A DNA stretch of 63,757 nt, the filler included, from Neophaeotheca triangularis (lineage: Eukaryota), in assembly GCA_054600435.1 (NCBI GenBank). It is 5 parts of 5 records of this genome, joined end to end, with 100 filler letters (N's around TTAATTAATTAA, not from the genome) between each part and the next. Parts side by side here need not be neighbours in the genome. Positions count along the whole stretch, not along the records: positions 38,170 to 56,299 come from BAAIJX010000117.1; positions 56,400 to 61,903 come from BAAIJX010000129.1; 3 more parts are not named here. The stretch is one strand, 5' to 3'. How positions within the stretch are numbered: the stretch's first letter is position 1; each line of letters begins with the position of its first letter. Shown here piece after piece: positions 46,801 to 57,960 of this stretch. Below the pieces are notes generated by a model that searched no databases, was not told where the DNA came from, and worked only from the letters and a program-made list of their open reading frames with translations. The position numbers were made by a program, and so were the translations under genes.

Positions 46801-48492
46801 AAGGTCGTCGATGAAACTCGGATGCCCGTTAGCGTTCCGGCTCTAGGCACAGAAAACTAGGCCCATTTATCATTATTATTAACCGCCCGCCCGCCCCAAG
46901 CATGACCGCTCTTCTGCTTGACGGGGATAAGGCTGAACGGGACATGGTCGCCTCGCCGGCACTGCTCGGTAGACTAGAGCTGAGCAGGTGTGCCGTATGC
47001 CGCGGACCACTCTCATTCGTCGACCAACTCTTCGGGCCAGTCTCCGGAATTTCGAGAAGATTGGCCACCGTTAGCCTCTTTAGCCAACCCCCCTCCCCTG
47101 TACCGGCGTAGCGCAGCCGCGTCGAGTCACGTTGCAGTGTTGTCCAAATTCTGACAAGTATGATGACATGGATCAGAAAGCTACCTACCGTAACTTAGCT
47201 TTTCCAGCTTCCATGTCGTGTGTGATGTCTGTGTGTCGTGTGTTGTGTCTGTTTCTTCCCCGTTTCCTCTCTCGTTTCCTCTCCCGAAATCCTAACCCCT
47301 TTTTTGCCGCTTACTGCCCTTTCTTGTCCATTTGTTGTGACTGGCTCTAGCCGTCACCCGGTGCTCGTTAATTGCCTTCAGGGGCCGCCCTTGCTCGCCC
47401 TCTTTCGCGCGCTGTTCCCCGGGAGCCTGTCACATTATTTGTGCTGCCCGTTTGCCGGGGGAGCGGTAGCTATCCTATCGTCGCTGGTCTGCCTGCTGCT
47501 AGTAGTCTGCTCCGTGTCGTGTCGTTTGGAGAAGCATGCCAGGTGGCACCGCTACGCCGCTTGCGACACGTCGAACCGCGCCTCCTGGTCCCAATCGTAT
47601 TTCACCATCATAAGCTCCATGCCTGGTCTCTTTCCGCAGCCCCCCCCCGGTCCCGACTGCCTTTTCCCCCATCCAAGACGCGCCCAAAGATGGACCGTGG
47701 CCCTCGAGCTACCCGTGACCCATACCTGTGCTACGTGCTATGTGTGCTCGTTTCCGCCCGCGAGACACCCGCAAACGCCGGCAACCAGACAGAGCTTGGG
47801 TTGGGTTGCGCTGGGTTGGGTTGTGTCGCCGATTGCCTTCATCACACTCTGGGTTTGAAAGGTGCGGTCAGCATGTAGCAAAAAGGTAAGGCACGCACTT
47901 TTACCTTGCTCTCCTCGTGTGTCTCCTCTCATTGCCTACCTCTCTTGCGACCATTGATCTCACCGTCCCTCACCAACCCCCCTCACCGTTCCACTGCCGT
48001 ACCTCTCTACCACCACGCCTTCAATCCAAGCATACCCAATCCCACTACACTCTTCTACTCCCTCCACCAAGGTGTAGCACCAAACCCAGCAACAACTCAA
48101 CTTCCTCGCCGACCTTTTGCTGTAAGCTGCGGCCTTTACGCAACGACAAACTCAACGGTGGTGCATTGCGCCGGAAAGAGCATCATCTAGTCGCACTGCG
48201 CCGCTCCCGATTGAGTAACCTCTCACAAAGCTCCACTGCCAAAACGGATAACTAGCGCTGTCGACCAACATTCACTACATACTTACGTCCTGGTGACTTG
48301 TGTGTTTGTGCGTTGGATGCGACTTCATTGACCGCTCTACGGGAAACGACCTTAAAAGTTTACCTCCCTACCTACCTGCCTCCTTCACCTCGAAACGGTT
48401 GTCACCTACGAATCTTCTCCATTCACTACCTTGATTCCTACGACGACCGACGAAACCATTGACAACAAAAGGGCGCAATCGATTCAAGCAAG

Positions 48493-50482
48493 ATGTTGGG
48501 CATACTCAGCCCGAGCCGGTATTGCTCCGGCCCCATGAGCAGGTTCCCAGCACGCCAAATGGTCATTCTTTGTACGTACAAGCAGCATTGATCGATCGGA
48601 ATAAAGTAAACGAGCGTGAAAAGCGTGAAACTAACACTACCCGCTTACCAGCTCTCTGCCGGATATGCGAACCGATAGCCTTCATGTCCATCTTCCCCTA
48701 CATCTACTACATGATCGAATCCTTCCACATCACGAGCGACAGCAAACAAATCGCCCTCTACGCAGGCATGGTCACGTCTGCCTTTGCCTTTGCCGAATTT
48801 GCAACAGGAGTAGTATGGGGACGGTTGAGCGACAGGTTTGGGCGCAAACCGATATTACTCAGCGGCATGGCGGGCACAGGGGTCAGCATGATTGTGTTTG
48901 GGTTTGCGCCGAGTTTGCCGGTAGCTCTGATTGCGCGCGCATTGGGAGGCATGCTGAATGGAAACATTGGAGTCATCAACACAACAGTCGCCGAGATCAT
49001 AACCGAGGAGGTACATGAGCCGTTTGCATTTGGCGTGATGCCGTTCATTTGGTGCTTGGGCGCAATCATCGGATCAGGGCTTGGAGGCGCGCTCGCGGAT
49101 CCTGTGCGCAACTACCCGGCGTACTTTGCTCCGGGGACAATCTGGGAGCGTTTTCCGTATCTGCTGCCGAATGTCGTGTGCGTTGGGTTCGTGCTATTGG
49201 GGCTGATGATTGGCATACTTTTCCTGCAAGAAACGCACGACGACCTGAAGGAGAAGAGAGACATTGGGCTCGAGACGGGCAAGTGGATTCTCGAATCTCT
49301 GCCCTCTCTGCCATGCAAGCGCGCAAAGACCTTTTCAGGCAAAGAGGGCTTCCATCAAGAGACGCTCACTCTTATGACTGAGTATGACCTCCCTCCGGAT
49401 TACCACAGCACAGCGGCCTCCCCTGAGTTGCTCCCATCAGCAACAGCAGGATTGCCACCCCCAGCCTACCAATCGATCGAGATCTGCAACCCAGAAGATG
49501 GCAAAGGCCGCCGGGATCGTAGTCCAACGCCGGAACCGAAAACATTCAATCGACAAGTCGTCTTGATCATCGTCGGATTTGGCATCCTAGCTTAGTAAGT
49601 TACGCCGTGCATCGGTGACAGCCGCTCGCAAAGTGAAAGTTCAAGCCGCTAACGCAGCCCCCAAGCCACACCATATCAGCCGAGCAACTACTCCCAGTCC
49701 TCTTCAGCATGCCTCGATCCGAAACACCACCTTCTCTGCCCTTCAAATTCAGCGGGGGATTCGACATGGCAACCAAAGACATTGGCTTCTTCCTCTCCAT
49801 CCAGGGCGCCATTCAGATGATCGCAACCATCGTTGTCATGCCGCTACTCACCGCTCGCTTTGGTTCTCTGCCTATTTACCGCTTCGTCGTTGTGATGTAC
49901 CCCTTGCTCTACATCGCCATCCCCTACCTCACCCTCGTACCGGAATTCTGGCGCAGCCCCTGCATCTACCTGATCCTCGTCTGGAAAGTCTCATCGCAGG
50001 CGCTCACCATGCCCCTCGCCAATTTGATGCTAAAAAACGCCACGCCTCATCGAAACGTCCTGGGCACCATCAACGGCATCAACGCTTCCGCAGCCAGTCT
50101 GAGCCGTGCCTTGGGCCCTACCGTCTCGGGCCTGCTGCAATCCGCCGGCCTCTCCATTGGCGTCCTCGGACTGCCGTGGTGGTTCAACGCATCCATCGCT
50201 TCCATTGGCACCGTAATTGCCTTCTTGGTAGTTGCGCCGACGCCAAAATCGAGCGACCCGGAAAAGCCCAACCCTCCCAATGACGACGAGTACGAGCGGG
50301 TACGCCATGACGAGGAAGCCGAAATCGCGCTCCGACCGCAGCAAACCCCTCATTACGCCTCGGACGCTTCCTACACCGTAGCAAGAGGTCTCGAGGCCGC
50401 TCCTCCCACCGAGCGCCTCAGCTCCCCACTCCTCCTCGCGCAAAGAGACCGCCGGCACAGCAAACCAGACGGCACTTCGTGA
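48493..50482 (+). CDS. Major facilitator superfamily transporter (DHA1/ZIFL-like; 3 exons)
   Basis: Introns 48572-48651 and 49595-49665; motif A WGRLSDRFGRKP; GGALADP; LGTING...SLSRALGP. Confidence 0.93.
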
Positions 50483-51720
50483 GAACTACTTTTCCCCTCC
50501 CAAGCAACAACTTCAAAGCACGCGAAATGACTTTAGCAACAATCATCCTCCCCGGCGTTCAAGCAATCGGAAAACAGCATATCAATTACCACCCCCCCGA
50601 ACACCCCAGGCCGACCGACGACGACCTCGCATGACTAAAAACCGAGAAAGAAAACCCTTCGGGCCGGCTTTGCAGCATTTACAATCGGGATATCTCTGGC
50701 CTTTTTGTTTTCTTCCCCTTTTTTTCGTCACTTCTTTTACTTCTTTCAAAAACCGTAGATAGACCGGCAAAGGAGTCCGAGGCGCGTGCAAAGATTGGAG
50801 GGGGGGGGGGCTTCGGGGACAACACTTGCGTGGGCGCTCACGCGCGACTTCTTTCTATGGCATGCATGCAATGATCTGCACACTCGGCTCGGGTAGAAAG
50901 GAGCAGAGGCGTTTTGATTTCTTAGGGGGGAATTGGGCGCGGGTTAGCAGGGATATAACCCCACGGCGAGCGATGAATTTTTTGGTTTTCTTGGGCGTGT
51001 CGGAAAGGGGGAGGGGGGTGCTCTTCGTAGCGAACATAACCTGGATTTTATTTCAACTCTGAATCTCGATCACCGCTGTTTCCGCGCTTTGGCGTCGGCG
51101 CTGTCTTTACTAGTGATCTTTGGCATTGGTCTTCTGCATGCTGAATCGGGGAGTTTTTCTTTTCCGACTCGAGGCGTCCCGAGGCGCGACGGGCAGGCTA
51201 CTATGTACGTACGCTCACGCCCTTTAGCTGGGAACTTGTACTGCCACGAAAAAAAGGCGCTCCCTTGGTACCTTTGCAAACTAGACCCTTGGCCGCTGGT
51301 CCCTTTTTTATATCTCTCAAAGCCCGGCTGCAGATCCTCCCTTCCCCTCGCCCTCCTCGTTTTTGCGGGCAGAACAACAAGATCTGCTTTTCAATCCAAA
51401 CAACTCCCTCCCGCCCCTCACCCTCAGTGAGACTTATATCAGTAAACCAAACGCACTAAAAGCCCCGGCTTCCAATGACTCCAACAAGCGTGCGCGCATG
51501 ACGGGCTCGGCTCCCACGGGGCTTGCCCATACGCCCCCTTTAGATCTGCCAGGGGGCTCATCACCTACCATCCTGGAATCTCCTAAGCCTCGCCACCTGA
51601 AACTCTCGCCTCTCGCACTTTCCTCGGGCCTCCCCCTTCCCCTTCCCCAATCACCCCCCGAATTCGCCCACCACGACCTCTCCTTGGATAGCCAGACATG
51701 CCCGCCTCGACCTCGACCGC

Positions 51721-53268
51721 CTAACCCTCACCGCCCGCACCAATCTTCCTACCCCCCAGCACCCCAGTCCTCCCCACCCCGCCATCATACAGGTAAACCG
51801 CCTCCGCAACCTGGGACCTAGTCTTCCACCCACCTCGATCCGGCGCGCCCCAAACGACCAAATCCGCCTCATCCCCGACACGGACTTCCAGGTTCAGCCG
51901 CCGCGAATTGTTGCGGTAAGCTTTGCCTTTCGGGGGCTTAAGGCTCTCGGCAGTGTCGTTTTCGCCATCGTCCGCAGCTTCATGGCATGTCTTGCCCCTC
52001 CCGAAGCCAATCGCTTCCCTCGCCCTAGTGCTGACGCTTTCGAACATGATTTCCGCGCCGCGCTTAGTGCCGGCACCGTACAAGCCCACACCTAGATTGG
52101 CTAGGGCCATGGGGTCGGCGGAGCCCTGGGGAGTGAATGCGTTGCCGATGTTGTTGACGCTGATGGCGGCGGAGAGATTGTAGTCTTGGATTAGCGATGA
52201 GATTGGGAGAGTGCCGCGCGGGCTGCCGGGCGATGAAGCGGACATGTAGAGGTCGGAAGTAGGGAGGCCTATGAAGTGGACGGGGAGCTTCGAGGTGTGG
52301 ATTGTGGTTGCGAGGTCGCGCCATTCTGTGGGGGTGAAGAGGGTTAGGCGGGTGCAGTGACCTAAGACGACTGTGCGGGAGGGGTTGAGGGCTGCCCAGT
52401 TGGTGGATTGGAGGGTCGAGAGGACGTGGGGGATCGTTGGCGGAGTTGAGAGGGAGAGTGTGTAGTCGAGGTGGAAGTCGAGGTGTTTTTTGTGTTGGAG
52501 GGTGAGGTTTATCATGTGCGTGATGTTTTGCTCGGATTTGGAGCGCGAGTCTTCGACGTAAGGCGTGCTTCCTAGACAGTCCACGGCGGGGTTTTGCGCG
52601 GCTTTGAGCATGAGGTTGCGGATGGTATCTCCCGAGGAATCGGTTTGCGAGGCGGTGAATAACGGGAGTTGGGCGAAGGCGCAGATTTGGATTCGACAGG
52701 TCCCGGCTGAGGCTGCGCGGGATTTCAACTCGAGACCGGCGTCTAGGCAGGTGGTGTTGACGATGGCGTCGATTTCTACAAAGCACCGCATGTGTGTTAC
52801 ACCAGCGGCTACGCTTTCGTCTATTAGGCGTTGGCCGCGTTCGAGCAGATCGGTGTGGGTGAAGGAGCTTTTAGCGGTGGAGGTTAGGTTCATGGCTTCG
52901 GCGAAAGAGCCGTCTTGGACTTGAAGGTGGGAGTAGGAAGGATGAGAGAGGAGATAGGCTTTGTCAAGGTGTATGTGCGGGTGGCAGAGAGAGGGGGCAC
53001 ATAGGGCGGAGTGTGCATTTAACGTGTGGTTCTGGGAAGAGGATGGGGGGGATTTGGAGTGCGGTTTGATAGATTGAACTTTTCCGTTGGAGAAAATCAG
53101 ATCCCATGTTGAGCCGTCTTCGGTTTTGGGTAGGCTGGCATTGACGATGGTGTGTAGAGTGTTGGCATCTTCTTGTTCGCCGGACGTATTTTGTTGGTCA
53201 CCAAACTGGATGCGTGCCATTTCAGCATCGACATCGATGCCGTGAGAGCGTAAGAAGTCGCCAGCCAT
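51721..53268 (-). CDS. Metallo-dependent amidohydrolase (CodA cytosine-deaminase-like fold)
   Basis: PSLCHPHIHLDK, GVTHMRCFVE, QICAFAQ, DFHLD and LGHCT motifs. Confidence 0.88.
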   Translation of the reverse strand: MAGDFLRSHGIDVDAEMARIQFGDQQNTSGEQEDANTLHTIVNASLPKTEDGSTWDLIFSNGKVQSIKPHSKSPPSSSQNHTLNAHSALCAPSLCHPHIHLDKAYLLSHPSYSHLQVQDGSFAEAMNLTSTAKSSFTHTDLLERGQRLIDESVAAGVTHMRCFVEIDAIVNTTCLDAGLELKSRAASAGTCRIQICAFAQLPLFTASQTDSSGDTIRNLMLKAAQNPAVDCLGSTPYVEDSRSKSEQNITHMINLTLQHKKHLDFHLDYTLSLSTPPTIPHVLSTLQSTNWAALNPSRTVVLGHCTRLTLFTPTEWRDLATTIHTSKLPVHFIGLPTSDLYMSASSPGSPRGTLPISSLIQDYNLSAAISVNNIGNAFTPQGSADPMALANLGVGLYGAGTKRGAEIMFESVSTRAREAIGFGRGKTCHEAADDGENDTAESLKPPKGKAYRNNSRRLNLEVRVGDEADLVVWGAPDRGGWKTRSQVAEAVYLYDGGVGRTGVLGGRKIGAGGEG

Positions 53269-53884
53269 GGTGTTGATGGAGTAGAGAGGGAGGTAGGAAA
53301 AGGGAAGATGAGTGGGTGATAAGGAAGAAGAGAGGAGGGAAGAAAGTACGGTACCTAGACATTGTCCATTACCTCACGTGTCGATTAGCCTTTCGACTCG
53401 GGCTAGCTGTTCTCGGAAGGCATGAAGTCAAGAATGACCGTGACCGTGTTGGGAACAGACGAGGATGACGCCTGTCTAGATTGAATACCTACCCTTGCCG
53501 TTACAACTGTTATTGAGGTCAGTTATACGTTATACGCTTTAGCAAGATATTTGAAAAGAAAAGAGGTGTACTTGACATTTATTACTACCTTACATACCTA
53601 TATGTACTACTGTCTGTACCTCTGCCCCTCCCCCTCACTTTGCCCTTACCCAGTCAAACAAAGGGCGGGCCCGTAGTCGTGTCAAAAGAAAGCGAGCAGT
53701 CTCGCTCGATGCACGTGCCCGACGCGTCTTTCCAACTTCAACTCCCGTCTTCATCCATCAATATCAATCCCCGTCTCCATCGATCAATTCGTCCCATCCC
53801 TCATCACCCGTTTGACTTGTTTCCTTCACCTCTTCCTCCTCACTTTCTAGACTTGCCCCGTCTTGGCAAGCGATCGGCGCCGCC

Positions 53885-55602
53885 ATGTACCGAAATTCGG
53901 CTGCTCCTTCTGGGCGAAGCCCTCATGCTACCCAGGCTAGGAGAGGTCCTGGTTAGTTCTACTCTCTTCACCCCCAACCCTCATACCTTCCTATTCTAGC
54001 AATAACAGCATCATTACCGCTTTCACTCACGCGCGCGCGCAATCCTCTTTCCCCTTCCCCCTCACACAATGGACGCGCGCCGCAGCCAGCAACAACAGCA
54101 TCGTCGCAAGATTAGTTTCGCTGACTTGGAGACCACTTTTCGCAACGCAGGTCCAATGGTTGCTACCCATCCCAACGCGCATCCCCAAACACCCGCGCCA
54201 ACACAAGCGCAACTCCAAGCGCAACGCCTGGAGGAAATGCGCCGGCATGACCTCGTGCGCCGACAGAGCAAGAAACCCACCGATCGCGATATCCCGGATG
54301 ATGTCGCAAACTATGTCGTCGGAGATGGGGTGAAGCGGTACAAGGAGCTGAGGGATGCTGAGAGGAGACTGGATGCAAACATGATGCGGAAGCGGCTGGA
54401 TGTCAACGATAACCTGCAGAGGAGGTATGCGCGGAGAGAAGGCACGCTGAGGGTATGGATCAGCAATACAGCGGAAGGACAGCCGTGGCAAGTCATGGAG
54501 GACGGCAGTGGCATTAATGAGCCTTTTGAGTTTGGTGACAATAGTCAGGCGACTTTCCGCGTCAAGATTGAGGGTCGTCTGCTGGATGATCCGGATGCAG
54601 ATGAGGATGAACACTTCACTACGGAAACCCGACCGAAACTCAGCCACTTCTTCAAGGCCATCACTATCGATTTTGATCGCTCTCCTTCCCTCCAACCAGA
54701 CGGGTACAGCAGTATTGAGTGGCGAAAACCACAACAAAACAGCGCAAACTACGATCCAAACTCTGCGGAGAACAGTTTCGACACGCTGGAATTTGAGCGC
54801 AAGGGCGACGAAAACATGAACGTCACCATCAATCTTGTGCGCGACGAGCGCAGTGAACGGTACAAGCTGAGCCCTGCTTTGGCCGATCTGCTGGACACAG
54901 ACGAGGAAGACAAGGCCGGCGCAGTACAAGGTGTCTGGGAGTACTGCCGCGCCATGGGTCTGCAAGAAGACGAAGACAAACGAAGCATAGTCTGTGACGA
55001 ACCGCTGCGCAAGGTGAGCAATGTCAAAGCGCCTCCACTTGACGGCAAAAACTAACATCTATTCCCAGCTCTTCGGCGGCAAAGACACAATCTACTTCCC
55101 CCACGTCCCCGACGCCTTAATGCCCCATCTACACCAGCTCCCTCCAATAAAACTCTCCTACACCATCCGCGTCGACAAAGCACACCTCACCGCCGACCCG
55201 CCAGCAGCCACAATCTACGATCTCCCCTACCTTCCCTTGCCAAACCCCCTCTCTACCGCCCTAAAAACTTTCCACACTTCCACTTCCCCCTCATCCCCCT
55301 CCCACCTTGCCTCCCTCAAGCAAATGATCTCTCTGGACGACGATCTCGCCCTCCTAGTCAGCGGTCTACATAACACAAACGCCAAACGCACATTCCTCGC
55401 TTCCCTGGCCGAGGATCCTCGTGGTTTTGTGCAGAGGTGGGGTAGTTCCCAAAAGAGGGATTTGGAGGTTGTACTGGCTGAAGAGCGGAGGAGTGGGTTC
55501 GAGGATGCTGGCGGCGCTAGCAATGCGGGGAGATGGGAGGGTGAGAGGGTTAGGGAGAGTGTTGGAGGGTGGGTTAGTCGGGCTGGGGTTGGGAAGGCTT
55601 AG
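53885..55602 (+). CDS. SNF12: SWI/SNF-RSC SWIB-domain subunit (BAF60/Snf12/Rsc6 family; 3 exons)
   Basis: Introns 53952-54150 and 55014-55068; KKPTDRDIP, ERRLDANMMRKRLD, LRVWISNT, SWIB VWEY...IVCDEPLRKLF, and SQKRDL. Confidence 0.9.
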
Positions 55603-56299
55603 GGGGGGTTTTGTGTCGGTTAAAAAATCGTGGCAGGGGAGGGAAGGGTCATTACGAAGATGCAGAAGGCTTGTGACGCTGGAGGATGGAGGGTGGATGG
55701 GATGGAACGAGTAGTCGCTCTTGCGGTTGAGCATCAATGGTCGGGTCGAGGCTGTTGGCAACAAGGAGGGTTTTTCCCGACAAAATTCAGCGATCGACGT
55801 GCCTAAGACTAGAGCTTGAACTCCGAGCAGAGTTGAGCGAGGAGAGCCAAAACGATTTTAAGACAAGTGTTCCTAATGTATTCGATACCCTTTTCTTTCC
55901 TTTCCTTTCCTTTCCTTTGCCCCTTTGTTCACTTCAACTCCGACTTCGACCTCCAGCCTCTACCTTCTCCCTTTTCCGCACAAGCAAGCCCGGACGGCCC
56001 TTTCAGCCCGGAGACACCAGACCGGACCGCCCATCCATCAAACCCCCCTACCGCAGAGCCAACCCAGTCTTCGGGTAGCAAGACAGACCCTCTACAAACC
56101 ACCCACGGACGAAGTCCGCCGGCGCTAGCAGCAGTTGGGTAGGTAGGTAAGACACTCCAGCACCAAGACCCGCACCACCCGTCTTCGCCACACCAAAGCA
56201 GATAAATACCAACCGATCGCGATTCCGAGAGCCCCATCCTTTCCAAGCGGCAAGAACGCCCATGGGGGGGGGGGGGGGGGGGGGGGGGGCGGCGCGGGG

Positions 56300-56399
56300 N
56301 NNNNNNNNNNNNNNNNNNNNNNNNNNNNNNNNNNNNNNNNNNNTTAATTAATTAANNNNNNNNNNNNNNNNNNNNNNNNNNNNNNNNNNNNNNNNNNNN
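56300..56399. other. Artificial scaffold spacer
   Basis: N44-TTAATTAATTAA-N44, flanked by G and C homopolymers. Confidence 0.99.
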
Positions 56400-56454
56400 C
56401 CCGGCCGCCCCCCCCCCCCCCCGCCCCCCCCGCCCCCCCCCCCCGCCCCCCCCG

Positions 56455-56542
<88 letters not shown>

Positions 56543-56969
56543 CAGGACAAGTAGACGCTTTTGAGACGCTTTCTTGAGAGATGCCGCTGCAGTTGCGCCG
56601 GCCAGGGTGGCACTGGTTGAAGTGGCGCTGCGGTGCTTGCAGTCCACTCGCGTGCTAGCTAATGAGCGACTCGCAATCAAAATTGTTGTAGCTTTCACTG
56701 CGCGCTTGCACAACCTGCGCCCTTGGACCCACGCGCACGCATCGGGCACTCTACCTATCCTCGTTTGCGTCTTCCGGCTTTGCTTTTAAATGGACCTCGA
56801 GCGGCTTCCGTACAACACTCTTGATACCACATCGAACACTCGACTTTTCCTCACCCAGGTAACGCTACCGACAACTCACTCAGTTTCAGGGGTGTCCATG
56901 CCAATCATAGAATTCAGAGCGTCGACCAGCTACTAGCAAAGTCTGCAAGACCAGTTCTTCCTCAAACTC

Positions 56970-57930
56970 AAGTCCGCCGCCACCACGAATCCGGTCTTTT
57001 TTGCGGGCAAGCTGCTTAATAGTCCCATTCTCGGCGCCATTGGCTCTGTCATGGTTTCATACCTTGAAGAGGTGTGTCGTCGGACTCGATAGAGAAAGCG
57101 TTTTCCATTTGATGCTGCTGCCACCGCTTTTGATTGGTCCCTCCATCACGATGCTAATCCATTATGCAGATCTGCCCATTGTCTGCTCATGGTTTCTTCA
57201 CCCGTTGCAGCGGCATCGGATACGGTGTCGGTCCGCTAGTTGCCGTCATCGTCATTAACTTAACCGGCAACTACGAAAGTCGATGGCCATACCGAGCTGT
57301 ATTCGCGGCACAATGGGGCTTTTCAGTCATCACCTTGTTGTTCTGGCCATTCATGTCCGAGTATATGGTATACCGATAAATTAGGGGTTGCATTACCTTT
57401 GCTAACCCTTTACTGCGTTTCAGATCAGCCTAGTAGCTCATCTAGAAAGGCAGGGAAGATGAAGCCCTGCAGGCTCTCGCGAAATTAGACCGTAGCCCCG
57501 ACGAGTCTAAGCGTAAGCCTACTATTATGTTGAGAACCCTCGAACCGATCCGCAGCGAGAGTGAGGGTGTTACCTACTTCGAATGCTTCCGCAAGTCTAA
57601 CCTACGCAGAACGATTATCAGCATATTGCCGCTTTGCATCTAGGCTTTCTCTAGCATAGCGTTCGTTGCGGGATACTTCACGTAAAATCTACAACTAGCA
57701 GGCTACGATCCGTAGGCTAGCTACCGGATCTAGATCGCACAGCCTGTCTTGTCGATCGTTAGCAATATTATGGCTGCACTAATAGTCGAAAAGCTGGGGC
57801 GCCGGAATATCACATTCTATGGCCTAATCGTTTTAATAGTTTTCCTATTAATCACGGGCGGCCTCGGCACCGGAAGCACTGGGCCTATGAATACCGGTAC
57901 TGTGGCGTTCATTCTGATCTATGTTTGGCC
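56970..57930 (+). pseudogene. Sugar porter (maltose/alpha-glucoside permease-like) gene fragment with RIP-type stop codons
   Basis: ATTNPVFFAGKLLN...SYLEE|ICPL...YRAVFAAQW...FMSE|SA**LI*KGRE...TYFECFRKSNLRRT...VEKLGRR; introns 57072-57169 and 57361-57423; seven stops in one frame. Confidence 0.9.
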
Positions 57931-57960
57931 AGGCGGCTGGCTTGAGGCACCAACACCTAC

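Noticed and set aside
56400..56541. Long poly-C/poly-G tracts (also ~37990-38069, 56264-56299, 61803-61903) as G-quadruplexes or poly-Gly ORFs
   Set aside because: All sit at contig ends, where length and sequence are unreliable.
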